From positions 868,001-932,000 of the forward strand of contig BDGG01000008.1 in the NCBI GenBank assembly GCA_001949185.1: a stretch of 64,000 bases of DNA, read 5' to 3'. The DNA is from Ramazzottius varieornatus. Lineage: Eukaryota; Animalia; Tardigrada. Shown piece after piece: positions 24,967-35,744 of this stretch. A model generated the notes under the pieces. It worked only from the letters and a program-made list of their open reading frames with translations. It ran no database searches and was not told where the DNA came from. The first letter of the stretch is position 1. Every line of letters starts with the position of its first letter. The translations under genes were made by a program, and so were the position numbers.

Positions 24967-27396
24967 GGCGCTCGCAGAGTTCTCTTTTGTAGTAATGGGT
25001 TGCGGGTGATGGAAAGCGGAAAGTTTAACTTAGTACCGGAAGTCGTCGACTATCCATCAGGATTTCCCGCAGGGAAGTCGTGCAGTGCAGCGGATCACGA
25101 CCAACCATCTTGTTTGTCCCGCTTCTTCCCCCACACTGGCCCACAGTGAAAGATTTTGGTTGCCGCAGTACTCAACGACAGGAACATCTGACATACTTGG
25201 GCGATTGAGATGAAAGCAGCGACTGGCTTGGGTGGATGGCCTGCAAAGGAAAATCGATGGCGACTAATTGTCAGATGGGACAATTTTTGAAAGAGTCAGC
25301 CGTGCGAGCGTGAGGATTTGGTACAGCCGCTGTACTGTACGGCTCGCCTTATAGTCCTGTCAGTAGCTTATCGCTGTCCCACCCTCTGCAAGCACACGAT
25401 CACAACATCATTTTATTTTGCAGGAAACATATCATCTGCATCCTTCCACAATCCTGAATAACAATGCAGGTAACCCACCTAAATTTGAACGAATATCACT
25501 GCTCTAATCCAGACCAGATTATCCATCACATTTCATCCATTTCGATTGACCCAAAAGATGCTTTTTGGATATCCTGTTATCGATATCCCTCTAACCTTGT
25601 AGGTGATCTAATGGTCACAGAATTATCAGGGTCGAGGAAAGTGACGTGGGAAAGGAAGAAAGAGATACAAAGCTGCGAAGGATGAGACGGATCTGTCCGC
25701 GTTAAACCTTTTCTCCTCATGGTAATGGCATCACAAACATGATCTTATTTGTACCACGCATTTTAAACGAGCTTTTTTATACTGATCATCCTATGACCCT
25801 GCGAAGGAGGACAAAGTGATTCCTGTCGACGCAAGCCTAGATATGACGAATCAATGATCCGTTCAAATGTTCGATACGGAGACCCTTCAGGCAGTTGATA
25901 TACTGCAACGGATCATATCCGCACTGGATTTCACCGGAACAAACTGTAGGGATGTCTGTATCAAGGTTTTAGCTCTGTCATGTGATAGGTTGGACAGTAA
26001 TAAAGAGTCAATAGGTCCTCAAAGATCCATTTCGGTATGTACAGCATATCCTTTTTCGAGTTATGAATCATTGAGGAGTCCCTTTAGTGATCCTTTCGGC
26101 GTTCGCTCTTCTCCGATTACATGTGACAAGTGCAGATGACTCTATATCCACCGTCGACTTGATCTACTGTATTCCGTTTGTCACATCGTACGTTCGCGCC
26201 TCATCCTTTTTCACGCAGTGCCCAGTTTGTTACGGAATATCGATCCTGGAGTACTTGACTTCCGTGAAACCTGAAGTCAAGCTCTGAACGGAAACGCAAA
26301 ATATCTCCGTCATAAGGCTTAGGGTGCTCGTAGTCCTAATGATGGATTGTTCGTTCCGAAACAGCATAGTATACTCGAGCCACGCGCTCTATCAGTTCCC
26401 CATGAAACGCTTGTCAGATTTACAAGCGACATTGGAGGATCAGAAAGCGAGTTCTGCAGTGTACTTTGATAAACGGACTTGCGGTACTGTACACTTCTCA
26501 GTGCGCCAGCTCATGTGAAATATTTTCGCGCCGTTTTGCGCTGCTGCGCAAATGTACTCTTGCAGTGCGTACACGCACGATGGATAATTATGGGACAAGC
26601 GGAAATGACGGGAAAAGGAAAGGTCAAGTTAGTCAACCGTAGAAAAGTGTTGCATAGTACATTAGCAAAGTGATGACATTAGTGTGAATCGGTCGTGTAC
26701 GTACGTGCTTCCGTATCGGCGTAGTGAAAAGGCGTGTCCCATAAGTTTTACTGTCTCATAATTATTTATTGTGCGTGCTACTCTGCCTGCCGATTTTTCA
26801 AAAGTTCACCAGGAATTTTTTCTCGTTTCTTCTTGAATTCGCAAGGTTCCAAGCGCTCACTTCGCACACGAAGTACTCCACTGTAAAATTTTCCCGGTAT
26901 TATCCGTGCCGCCGCCGTGCTGGGGACGGGAATTTTGGTTTCCTGTGGCTTGTGTCCGTCCGGGACAATATTTCTAAGTGTGGAAAGTTGGAACAACACA
27001 AGGACTGCGTAGCCGTAGTCTGTAGAGATCAGTTCCAAACTGCGCCAGTTGATCTGACAAAACTGAGTGCACTTGTGCGCAGCGGCAGCTGGCTTTCCGG
27101 CCAAGTAAAATACATAGGAACGTGCGCAAGCTAATTTCGGGAGTGGTTTAGCCCTAGAACGGTACGAAATTGCGAATTATCTTCCTTGATGATCCTTTGA
27201 TAAAATCTGATAAAATTAATTGTAAACCAGCTTCTGTGATCTCCAGTGCCGAACAATCACTGGAGTTGGAACCTGGAAGAATTTGGCCGTGGGAGCAGCT
27301 GAGTCCACGCCAAGCGCGTGTCTCTTATTCGCCCTCGACGGAATCATCATCCAACGTTGTTTGCACCGCGTTTTCTTATATTGGAGGATCTACAAA

Positions 27397-28804
27397 ATGA
27401 ACCATTCCAGAGGCTCGCATTCCCGTGCAAGTGTTAGCAGCGGGGGAGAACTGCCTGAGGATGGTGATGAGAACGAGCGAGAAGTAACGGAAGCTATTGC
27501 GCGCACCACCGAAGAAGTGGACAAAGAAGAGTCGAGCAGTGAAGACGAGACCCTGACGAACAACGACCGCGTATCTAAGAATCTCAAGAGAAGCGTCCAA
27601 AAGCAGAAAGGCTTGCTCAGAACTGGAAGGATCGTCGGAGAGAAAGGAAAACCGAGCCAGATTGTCCAAGATGCTCATCTCAGTCATCGCGCGAATGCTC
27701 AAGGTAGTCATCAAACATCAAAAATATCATCGGGTGTAGCGTTTGGCGTCATCCGTATGATCATTCGCGATGCGCTACTCACAGTTCCGCAAGTCCTGTC
27801 CGTAACTTGAGCGCACCTATTGCATGAACAGTATTTAGTCCGAAGAGTAGTAGGGGCGGCGCTTGATGTCATCGTTTGGCTGTTCACTGGTGCGCGCTAT
27901 ACGAATAATTCATTCAGCCTCATTACGTCACACGCGTAATGGAGTATCATCCGCACTACAATTTCGTTTTTGAAATTTCGTTCTTACAGCTATACCCACA
28001 CTGCGGAGTATAAGAATTACGCCCAACGAATGGAACGACAAGAATTTTGTCAAACGTCTTACAGATCAGCTAAAGAAAACGTGCGCGGATGTGGGCGAGG
28101 ACGATGAAACACCGGAAAACATTCCGGGTTTTGAGGACCCCGATTCAGCCCGAGACTACTACTTGGCATTCGCCGAAGAATTTCTGGGCGAAGTGATGCC
28201 TGGTCGTGTGCCGAACCTGTCTACGGTCTACGGAGCCACATCAACCGCTCTACCGAAGCCAAAACCTCTGAAGACGCAAACTGCTGTCGTTGAAAAGGCC
28301 GCTAAGAAGAAAACGGTCGACAAGAGTAAACCTGTCCCTCAAGCGAAGAAAGTGCAGTCCGGCGATGTGGACATGAATGTGGATCCCACTGTGAAAAAGA
28401 CTAAAGATCTCTTGGATGTCGTCACTAAGTTTCACATTGCAACAAAGAAACCAGTCGATTTGCTCGGTATCCTCATAGACAAAGTAAGTTTTCAGACATC
28501 AGTGCAGAATTTCTTCTGCTTTTCGTTCCTGCTGAAGGATAACTGCGTTCGAATGTATCTGGACGACAACAACTTGCCAGTGTGCACACCGTTAAGAATC
28601 CCTAAGGAGCGAGAAGGAAGTAACTCTCAGAATATGGAGGAAGCAGAGGAGGAGGACGAGGAGATGCCGATGGAAGACGTCCCAGATCCTGTCCTGTTGG
28701 ATGAAGATAAGTTCCAGACGATCATGGTAAATCTGACCCACGATCATTGGAAATCGCTCGTGCAAGCAATGCATTCTGGAACTCAAACTATAGAAGATTC
28801 TTAG
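27397..28804 (+). CDS. NSMCE4A: SMC5/6 kleisin NSE4 (NSMCE4A/EID3-like), about 373 aa; exons 27397-27703, 27990-28804
   Basis: C-terminal PVDLLGILIDKVSFQTSVQNFFCFSFLLKDNCVRMYLDDNNLP...QTIMVNLTHDHWKSLV matches the Nse4_C pattern (DPxSFxxTVENxFxxSFxxxDG...LP...W). Confidence 0.8.
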
Positions 28805-28844
28805 TGCAAAGTAAGTTGATCAGTTCTTAACGTGTGGTATTTTG

Positions 28845-28965
28845 AAAAGTGGGCCAATGAATTGAACCAAATTGTTTTCTAAAGTGGCGCATGTTGTAAG
28901 CTAGTAGCAATGAGGACGTGCGCCACTTGAGATGACGATGTGGTTCGATTCGTCTGACCACGTCC
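28845..28965. repeat. Palindromic MITE-like repeat, copy 2
   Basis: AAAGTGGCGCATGTT...ACGTGCGCCACTTG with matching outer arms. Confidence 0.7.
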
Positions 28966-29522
28966 TTTTTACTGTGGAAGTACACTGTTTCCTTTTCCAG
29001 ATTCCTTCGACAATAAGGGCAATATTTCGGCACTCCGTACGCAGGCCGATTGGACAGTTTCCATGGATGGAAACCCACCATGAATACGAGGCCCTGAGAA
29101 CCTTAACTGTAACTGTAAGCGTGGTCTTTTTGTTTTGTTTTTTATCATCTATTTATTTCTACTCTGATAGTTTAGAAGACCATGAGCCACAATTCGAAGT
29201 GAATTTTTCAATTGACCAAGCCAAAAGCATTATGCGGACATTTTTTAATTCCAGTTTTCTGACAGGTTCGACGCTTTTTCCACTCTACTTTCAGTACGAG
29301 GGAAAAGTTGTAAAGTTAGCCGGCACATACCGGATTTGTAAAGTTAGCCGTCTAAGTTCGCCTGTTCTCTTCTACTCAATCCCAAACTTTTAAGGATAGA
29401 TCGACAGATAAAATAATGAGCTGTCGAATGGTAATAGGCACAGTCAACACGAGAAGTCAGAGAATCCAAGAGATCCGCAATTAAAAGAACGTTGAAATCT
29501 CATGTTAAAGTTTTCACAGTTT

Positions 29523-31256
29523 TTAGAAAGTAAGACGCTTGTTCACTAGGAATCCTTCCGGTGCTACGTTGTTTTCCTTCGCTTCTTCAATGGGCGTGGC
29601 GATTTTCTCTGCTGGCTGCCCGAGCGGGTCGTTGCGGCTTTCTGGTGTCAAGATAGTTTTCCCTCGTATCCCGATGTTATGGTCTTCCAGCGCGTTGCTT
29701 GCTGCGTTGAGAACCGTCTGCTTCAAGGTTCTTTTCGCCACTCTGCGAACTTTTTCGTACAAGGGAAAAGGGAGAGTCGGAACAGGGTTCTTCGACGGCG
29801 GCTGTTTCTTTCGATTAGGAAACTGTCGAGCCTCCTGGTTCCTAGTTTTCACTTTCGTCTTCCTCACGCATTTCGGATGTCCACACAGATCTCCAGTCCT
29901 CGTGAGGTATGTTATCCAGAAGGGAGGGATTACATGCTCATCCACCGAACTACCTTTCTGTTTCTTACAGATATCGCACATGATCGACGGCTCAGGAACG
30001 AGCATGGTGCCGTCGACCCTTATCGTTTCAAACTGACAAACTTTTGTGGCCTCACTTATGGTCCTCCGAGAAGGATCACCGCCCCTTTGCTGAAGTTGTA
30101 AGATGGCTTCCCTTCTATTCAAGATGCTTGATCGGCTCAGCTGTTTTCTTTTCAAGATTATTTTTAGGTTCTGGCGGAACATCGGATCGCAGCCTCTCAA
30201 TGCGAAGTCCACGGCATCCCATACTTCGCGACTCCGCTTCAGTAGACCCATCAGCCCCGTCCGGGAGAACCCTCTATCATCGCGAGGCTTCCAACGGCGG
30301 CGCTTGATGAACCAATGGCCACCTTGGGTGAGTTCGTTTCGTCTCCGTATCTGCTCCAAACGTTTCTTTTCGTTCTTATGGACCTCTCTAACCACTGACA
30401 CGAATGTGTTGAGCTCTTCGTCTGAACGCAAGTGGCCAGAATGGAGACGGGCTTTAAAGACTTCTAAAGTGTTGAATGTGTTCGTGGTCGGAAACTTTAG
30501 CTCCTTTAGGCTTACACGCAATGGTTTCCCGATATACTTCGCGAACTCAAACCGGTCAGTACTAATTTTATTCCTGTGATCCCACCTGAAAAATATGCAG
30601 GAACTCGATTTTGTCCCTACTTGCATGTAAACTGTTTTTCGTTCTATGCGTGATTCTTCCACACGTTCCTTCACCAACCTGAAGTTTGCGAAAGTGCGGT
30701 TCAAAGCTTTGATCCTTTCAGGTCGCTCTTGCTTAAGGATTGTCTCTTGGCGAAGAGCATTCGTGCAGCTCAACTGGGTCTCGTCAGCTTGGACAAAGAA
30801 ATCGAGTCTACTTCCCGCTTGGTTCATCCCCAGCTGTTCTACATGCTGATTGATTGCCGCCAGCTCCATTTCACAAAGAGCCGCGTCTAGTTTCTCGAAA
30901 CTAGCCGGCAAGCGTCCATCAACTAGTCTAGCTTCTTCACGAAGAAGACCAAGTCCTCCGCTATAAAACCGACGACGAAGGTAAGCATTAAATTTACTGT
31001 CACTGTGTTACAATCGGCGTATAGGATACTTTGTAGGTGAGACTTCAGTGCGAGTTTTTGGATATTCGCGGTTTTGTTGGTTCTCCAGAAAGTTCTTCAC
31101 GACATTTGCGTTGCTTTTCTCGTCGGCCCCTCTTAGAGCACCCCAAGGAAGACCTCTTAGATAGTACGAAAGATTTGAGTCGCAAACTGGCGAGTCAGTT
31201 CTCGAAGGGTTCCTGCGTGGCAGCGGTGAGATACTCCGCACCAAATCGGTTAGCAC
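29523..31256 (-). CDS. Uncharacterised basic protein (>=480 aa); main exon about 29523-30960 plus a probable upstream exon about 31030-31256; start not determined
   Basis: 462-codon open frame with an upstream TTTTATAG acceptor in compatible phase. Lys/Arg-rich, with a CDIC...CGHPKC motif. No family recognised. Confidence 0.55.
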
Positions 31257-32627
31257 TCGGACAGGTGAACAGTGCTTCCTACTCTTTGGACCACTGCAAA
31301 ATTGAACTGGTATATTGCGTCGTCCACTTTTGCGTTTACAGTACTGTACTTACGATATTCTTTGCAGGAGATCGTTGCGACTATAGATGCTCCTGGAAAA
31401 CTCGCAAGGTTAACCAATTTGCCAGTATTCTTCTCCAAGGATTCTTCTCACATATTATTCTTTTATCAGGAATGGAAGTGGAAGAAGTAATCCCGCCTAT
31501 GCGTTGTGAAAGTCCAGACGTCGACCGTCAAACCACTAAACTGTCTTCCACACGACGCGCGGTCTCAAGTACTACAGCGGCTAAGAAGTAGGTGCAGGCA
31601 AGGTTCCGGGAATAGTTCAGTAAGGATAATACAGTGCCATCGCCCATCAGATCCAACTACCAGGCTGGTCAGCTCAAGTTTGTTTCTTGTGGGCAGTTAC
31701 CATAGCTCTACGCGTCGGAAGGAACACGATCGGTCTTGAGGCCCCGAAAGGTACACGGCAGTGGTACGCCTATCTCGTGGTCAACCACGTCTGTCAACTA
31801 GGGTGTCCATGCACTGCACGATTATATTCTCCTTCTAAATATGGAAAAAGCAGTGCCCAGTTTCCAGATATCGTTACCGAATACTAGCTAGAAGTGAAAA
31901 GGCAGGGCTTTGTTCAAAGTTCAAATCTTGTTTTTTGGAGCCGTAGTGGGACGGGTGCACTGTGGGATAGAGCGGGGTACCGCTGGAAAAAACGCACACT
32001 CGAAGATTTCAGCCGCGAAATGTGGACTACCGGAGTTCTTCTGAATCAAGCCAGTCTGGAAAGTAAGCTAGCTGACATACTCTGTGATCTGTGTCCATAA
32101 TGGCTAAGATGTCCGGCTGGAGAAACGAAGGACGCTAGAAGATTCTAGCCTGACTTTCGTACCATTGCCAGGGATAGATTTCAATCATCTCATGCAAATC
32201 AGGCTGACATAGAAACATTCTTCACTGTCTGTTCCCACTGTTCGTCAAAGCCCGGGCAGATTCTAGCCTTATGAGTTATTATTATGGTGTCAGTGCCACG
32301 ATTGCCAAGTGGGTATTTATAAACACTTGCTGTTTTTCAGCACGAATACCAGCACTAAATTTATCCACAGTCGTTACCGGACAAGCAGACAGTTGTTTTT
32401 TGTTGCCTTCTCTCAACCAGCACGCTGAGCCGCTTCGGCATCATCTTACCGTGATTGGGCGAGGTCTTCCTCCATCTAATGGCATTTTGCTAATTTAAGT
32501 GCTAACTGTGCCACTTTCCAGTCGTGTTTCTTGTGAACGATCTGCAAACGCGGAAGATTTACTCTGTTAAATTTCCAGGACCTCTTCGCCGTGAGAGGAA
32601 CGGGCAACGCGATACATCCTAATCGCA

Positions 32628-34355
32628 ATGACGCGCCGCAGGTCCAGCTTCCTCCTTCCCAACACCCACGTTCCATCTGTTGCCGAAGCGGCCGACATCT
32701 CGTCCTATGCGAAACATGCCGGACATGTGCTGCTACTTTTATTCTTCGTCTACGTATTTGAAGACCGGTAAATTCTCCATCTGATCCTTGCGGATCGGTA
32801 ACGAACATGCCCAGTCGTCGCGCACCTACATACTGGGACACGATGAAGCATAATTCACTCCTGTATGCAGGTGCTCGGAAGATTGTTTGTTTTCTGTTCA
32901 CCGACCTTTCATTTTAATTTGTTGACTCTCGCACGGTTCTCAATGCAGATCGTGTGTTGAGTTTCATTACTCTATGCTTGTTGGTCGTTGACAATGACAC
33001 TCTTAGGTTTTCTTTGAATGTCTTGCGTGAAGATTACGTACCACTGTCGCCGCCAGAGGATGACGAGATCCCGTCTGAAGGCCTGGGTCCAATTTTCAAG
33101 ATTGTCCTGTACTTTTCCCGGCTGGCCACTCTGCTCTTGCTGCCGCAAGCAGCTTTTGATTTTGCTGGTTTGGTTATGTTCAATGCGTTCAAGCGAAGGG
33201 TTCCGCTGAGGCACAGTACTCTGGAATCAGACACTTTGGCTATCACCTTCCGAATTGTCACACGCGGCAGCGACCCCGAAAAGATTCGCGAAGTGGTACG
33301 AAGGAACTTGGAGGTCCTCAGCAACTCACCTGCTCAGGTTCAAGCATATCGACTGGAAGTCATCACAGAACAACCCATTGGAATCGAGAAGTATGGAAAC
33401 TTTCTGGAAAGAGTTGTGCCGCAGGAATACCGGACCGGAGGTGCGACGGGAAAGGCAAGGGCATTACAGTACTGCCTCGAGGAACCTTCTGAATCTCTGG
33501 GCAGAAATGAATGGTAAGTAAAGCCCTTTCCCGATTGCAGTTCATCGTCGGGCGATTATAGCTAATTCTCCATTTTCGTACACGTTCTGTAGGGTTGTTC
33601 ATCTGGATGAAAGTGCAGTCCTTTCCGAAGACGCCATCATGGGTGTCTTGAATTTTGCCTGCAAAGGTGGCGCTCAGTTCGGATCTGGCTTGACGACCTA
33701 CACACAGGACGGTATCACGAACTGGCTGACTGCTATTATCGATAGCGCGCAGATCGCTGAAGACCTGGGACAAACCCGCTTCCAGCTCAAGATGTTCCAC
33801 AAGCCACTCTTGGCTTGGCAGGGAGCCTTCTACGTCACTAGTGTGCCGACAGAACGACAAGTTGGCTACCGGCGCCGCTCATCCATTATAATTGACGATC
33901 GGGTGGATGCCGAACAGCACTTTGCTGCCATCTCTTCACGTCTCGGTTATGGCTTCGACTGGATCGATGGGGAAGTACACGCACGCAGCGAGAGTAGCTT
34001 GGCAGAACACATCTTCAACCGGAAACGTCGGCTGCAAGCTGCTTCGGCCATTTCAGCAGCTCACAACACGCCCTACAGCATTGTGCAACATTGGGCGGCC
34101 CGCTTACTCCCACTAACGTTGCCTTCCCTCATGTTCGGACTGCTCTGGTCTGTTCCTACTCTGTTTATCCTTGACCTGGTGTGTGGGTTTATTTTTGCAG
34201 TGCGAGCTTATGCGTATACTTTTGGAGTCCTTCGTAGCTTCCCGGGCGAACCAGCTGTCATGGTCCCTATGGCTTTCGCATCACCGTTCGTCTTCCTGTT
34301 GGATTCTATCCTGGAATCAGCAGTCACTCTTCTTGCTATGGTCCATAAAGATTAA
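32628..34355 (+). CDS. egghead/BRE-3-like GT2 glycosyltransferase (beta-1,4-mannosyltransferase family), divergent, about 469 aa; exons 32628-32767, 33007-33513, 33593-34355
   Basis: KHAGHVLLL...FE, LLLPQ...GLVMFNAF, FRIVTRG, KARALQYCLE, WVVHLDE and QLKMFHKPLLAWQG all parallel egghead/BRE-3. Confidence 0.85.
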
Positions 34356-34679
34356 TTGTGATCCCTGATTTCCTGTTTCAATCAACTAGCTTCATTGTTT
34401 GCTGTGCGCTTTTTTGAATCTCTTGCCAATCAACCCAATCAACGACGTATCGTGATTTCCTGCATTTTGCACATTGAGTTGACGCATTCAAAGTGCGTTG
34501 TGTAGCGTAAAGAACTCTCACCACGGCAAAAAGCCTGCAACAAAATTGCTGGCTCAGGCGGTAGGCTAATTTACACTGCACCTCGATTAATAATTTTTAT
34601 CGTCCGACTAACGAGGAACTTTAAACGGACGTGAAGCAAGCTAAACGTCGAGTTGACAGAGAACCTGATGGTGCCGGCG

Positions 34680-35030
34680 CTCTGCCTGTTGTTCAATACA
34701 AAACCCCACTCCACAAGTCTTCCAGACAAACTACCACTGATACTTTCATATCCGTCACACGAGTCACCCTCTCTTCCTTTAGGACCTGTAGGCTACTCGT
34801 TCGTCTCAGAGACTGACCTCGCCAGTGTCCGCCAGTTGATCCCGGTATTCCAAAGGGCCTTAGTCAAGCGTCCTGGACTTTGATCCTGCAGGAACCTCAG
34901 GCTTCGCTGACCATCGACAGGTTTATCCACCAAGGAAGATTGAAGGACCTCGTAGACCTCTAAGTCAGCCAGTTAGGCTTTACAGAAGACCGGCAAGAGC
35001 TGGAGTTCGTACTGCACTTTACTGATCAAA
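34680..35030 (+). pseudogene. Possible decayed non-LTR retrotransposon reverse-transcriptase fragment
   Basis: Frame reads VQYKTPLHK...LSSFRTCRLLVRLRD*...PVDPGIPKG, resembling the RT segment V.H..LL.KL...SFL..R...V.....V..GVPQG, with stops. Confidence 0.3.
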
Positions 35031-35317
35031 ATTCAACTGAAGGAAAAAAAGAGTCTCGGACAACTGACAGCTTTCAGCTTATATACTTCTCGAGATACGC
35101 CGCCTGCAGGGCTGGCTTGATACCTCGAGGAAATCCCCTGTCAGTCATACACTCATCATACTCGTACACTCATGGAGAATTTCCAATTTTAAATCCTGTA
35201 CGAAATTCTCGCTACAGTTGTAGCTTGAAGTAAACGGTTGTAAAACGAATAAAAACATCCACTGAGAGGACTGATGTGAGCCTTTATGAGAAAAATCGGA
35301 AACCTCGAAAGGCTCAA

Positions 35318-35440
35318 GTGGGACGTGGGCAAAAGACTGAGAACCAGACCGTTCTCAGGTGGTGCACGTCATCATTGTGACTGGCCGAAAGTGTGCGCCA
35401 CTTAGAAAAACAATCTGGTTCATCTCATTTGCCTGAGCCC
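35318..35440. repeat. Palindromic MITE-like repeat, copy 3 (just downstream of the CAHS poly(A) signal)
   Basis: CAGGTGGTGCACGT...GTGTGCGCCACTTAG with outer arms GAACCAGACCGTT / AACAATCTGGTTC. Confidence 0.7.
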
Positions 35441-35492
35441 TGAATCTCAAATACTGTTCTAGAATATTCAACGCAAAGACGACAAACGTCAT

Positions 35493-35498
35493 TTTATT
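35493..35498 (-). terminator. Putative polyadenylation signal of the CAHS gene
   Basis: AATAAA on the minus strand, about 250 nt after the stop codon. Confidence 0.55.
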
Positions 35499-35744
35499 GA
35501 ACCACAAACATGTTCCCATCAAGATAGCAGAAGCAAGCCATGTACAGACAAGACAAGTCAGATCGACAGATGGAGATAAAATTCAAACTTGACCAAAACA
35601 AGCACTAAAATCAGACCGATATTTCAAACCAAAATTTAATATTAGACTACTTCGTACATGACAGCATTACAAAAACTTTGGCGCAAGATGGGAATAAAAG
35701 AGCTCGGTTGACTACACCAAAAGTTGCGCTAGGAAAAAATCAGC

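Noticed and set aside
25300-27250. Several short ORFs between POMGNT2 and NSE4
   Set aside because: No coherent exon chain or homology recognised.
31370-31590. Plus-strand exon-like segments (MEVEEVIPPMRCESP...) upstream of the egghead-like gene
   Set aside because: Could not be joined in frame to the GT2 CDS, which has an in-frame stop upstream of ATG 32628. Probably UTR exons or noise.
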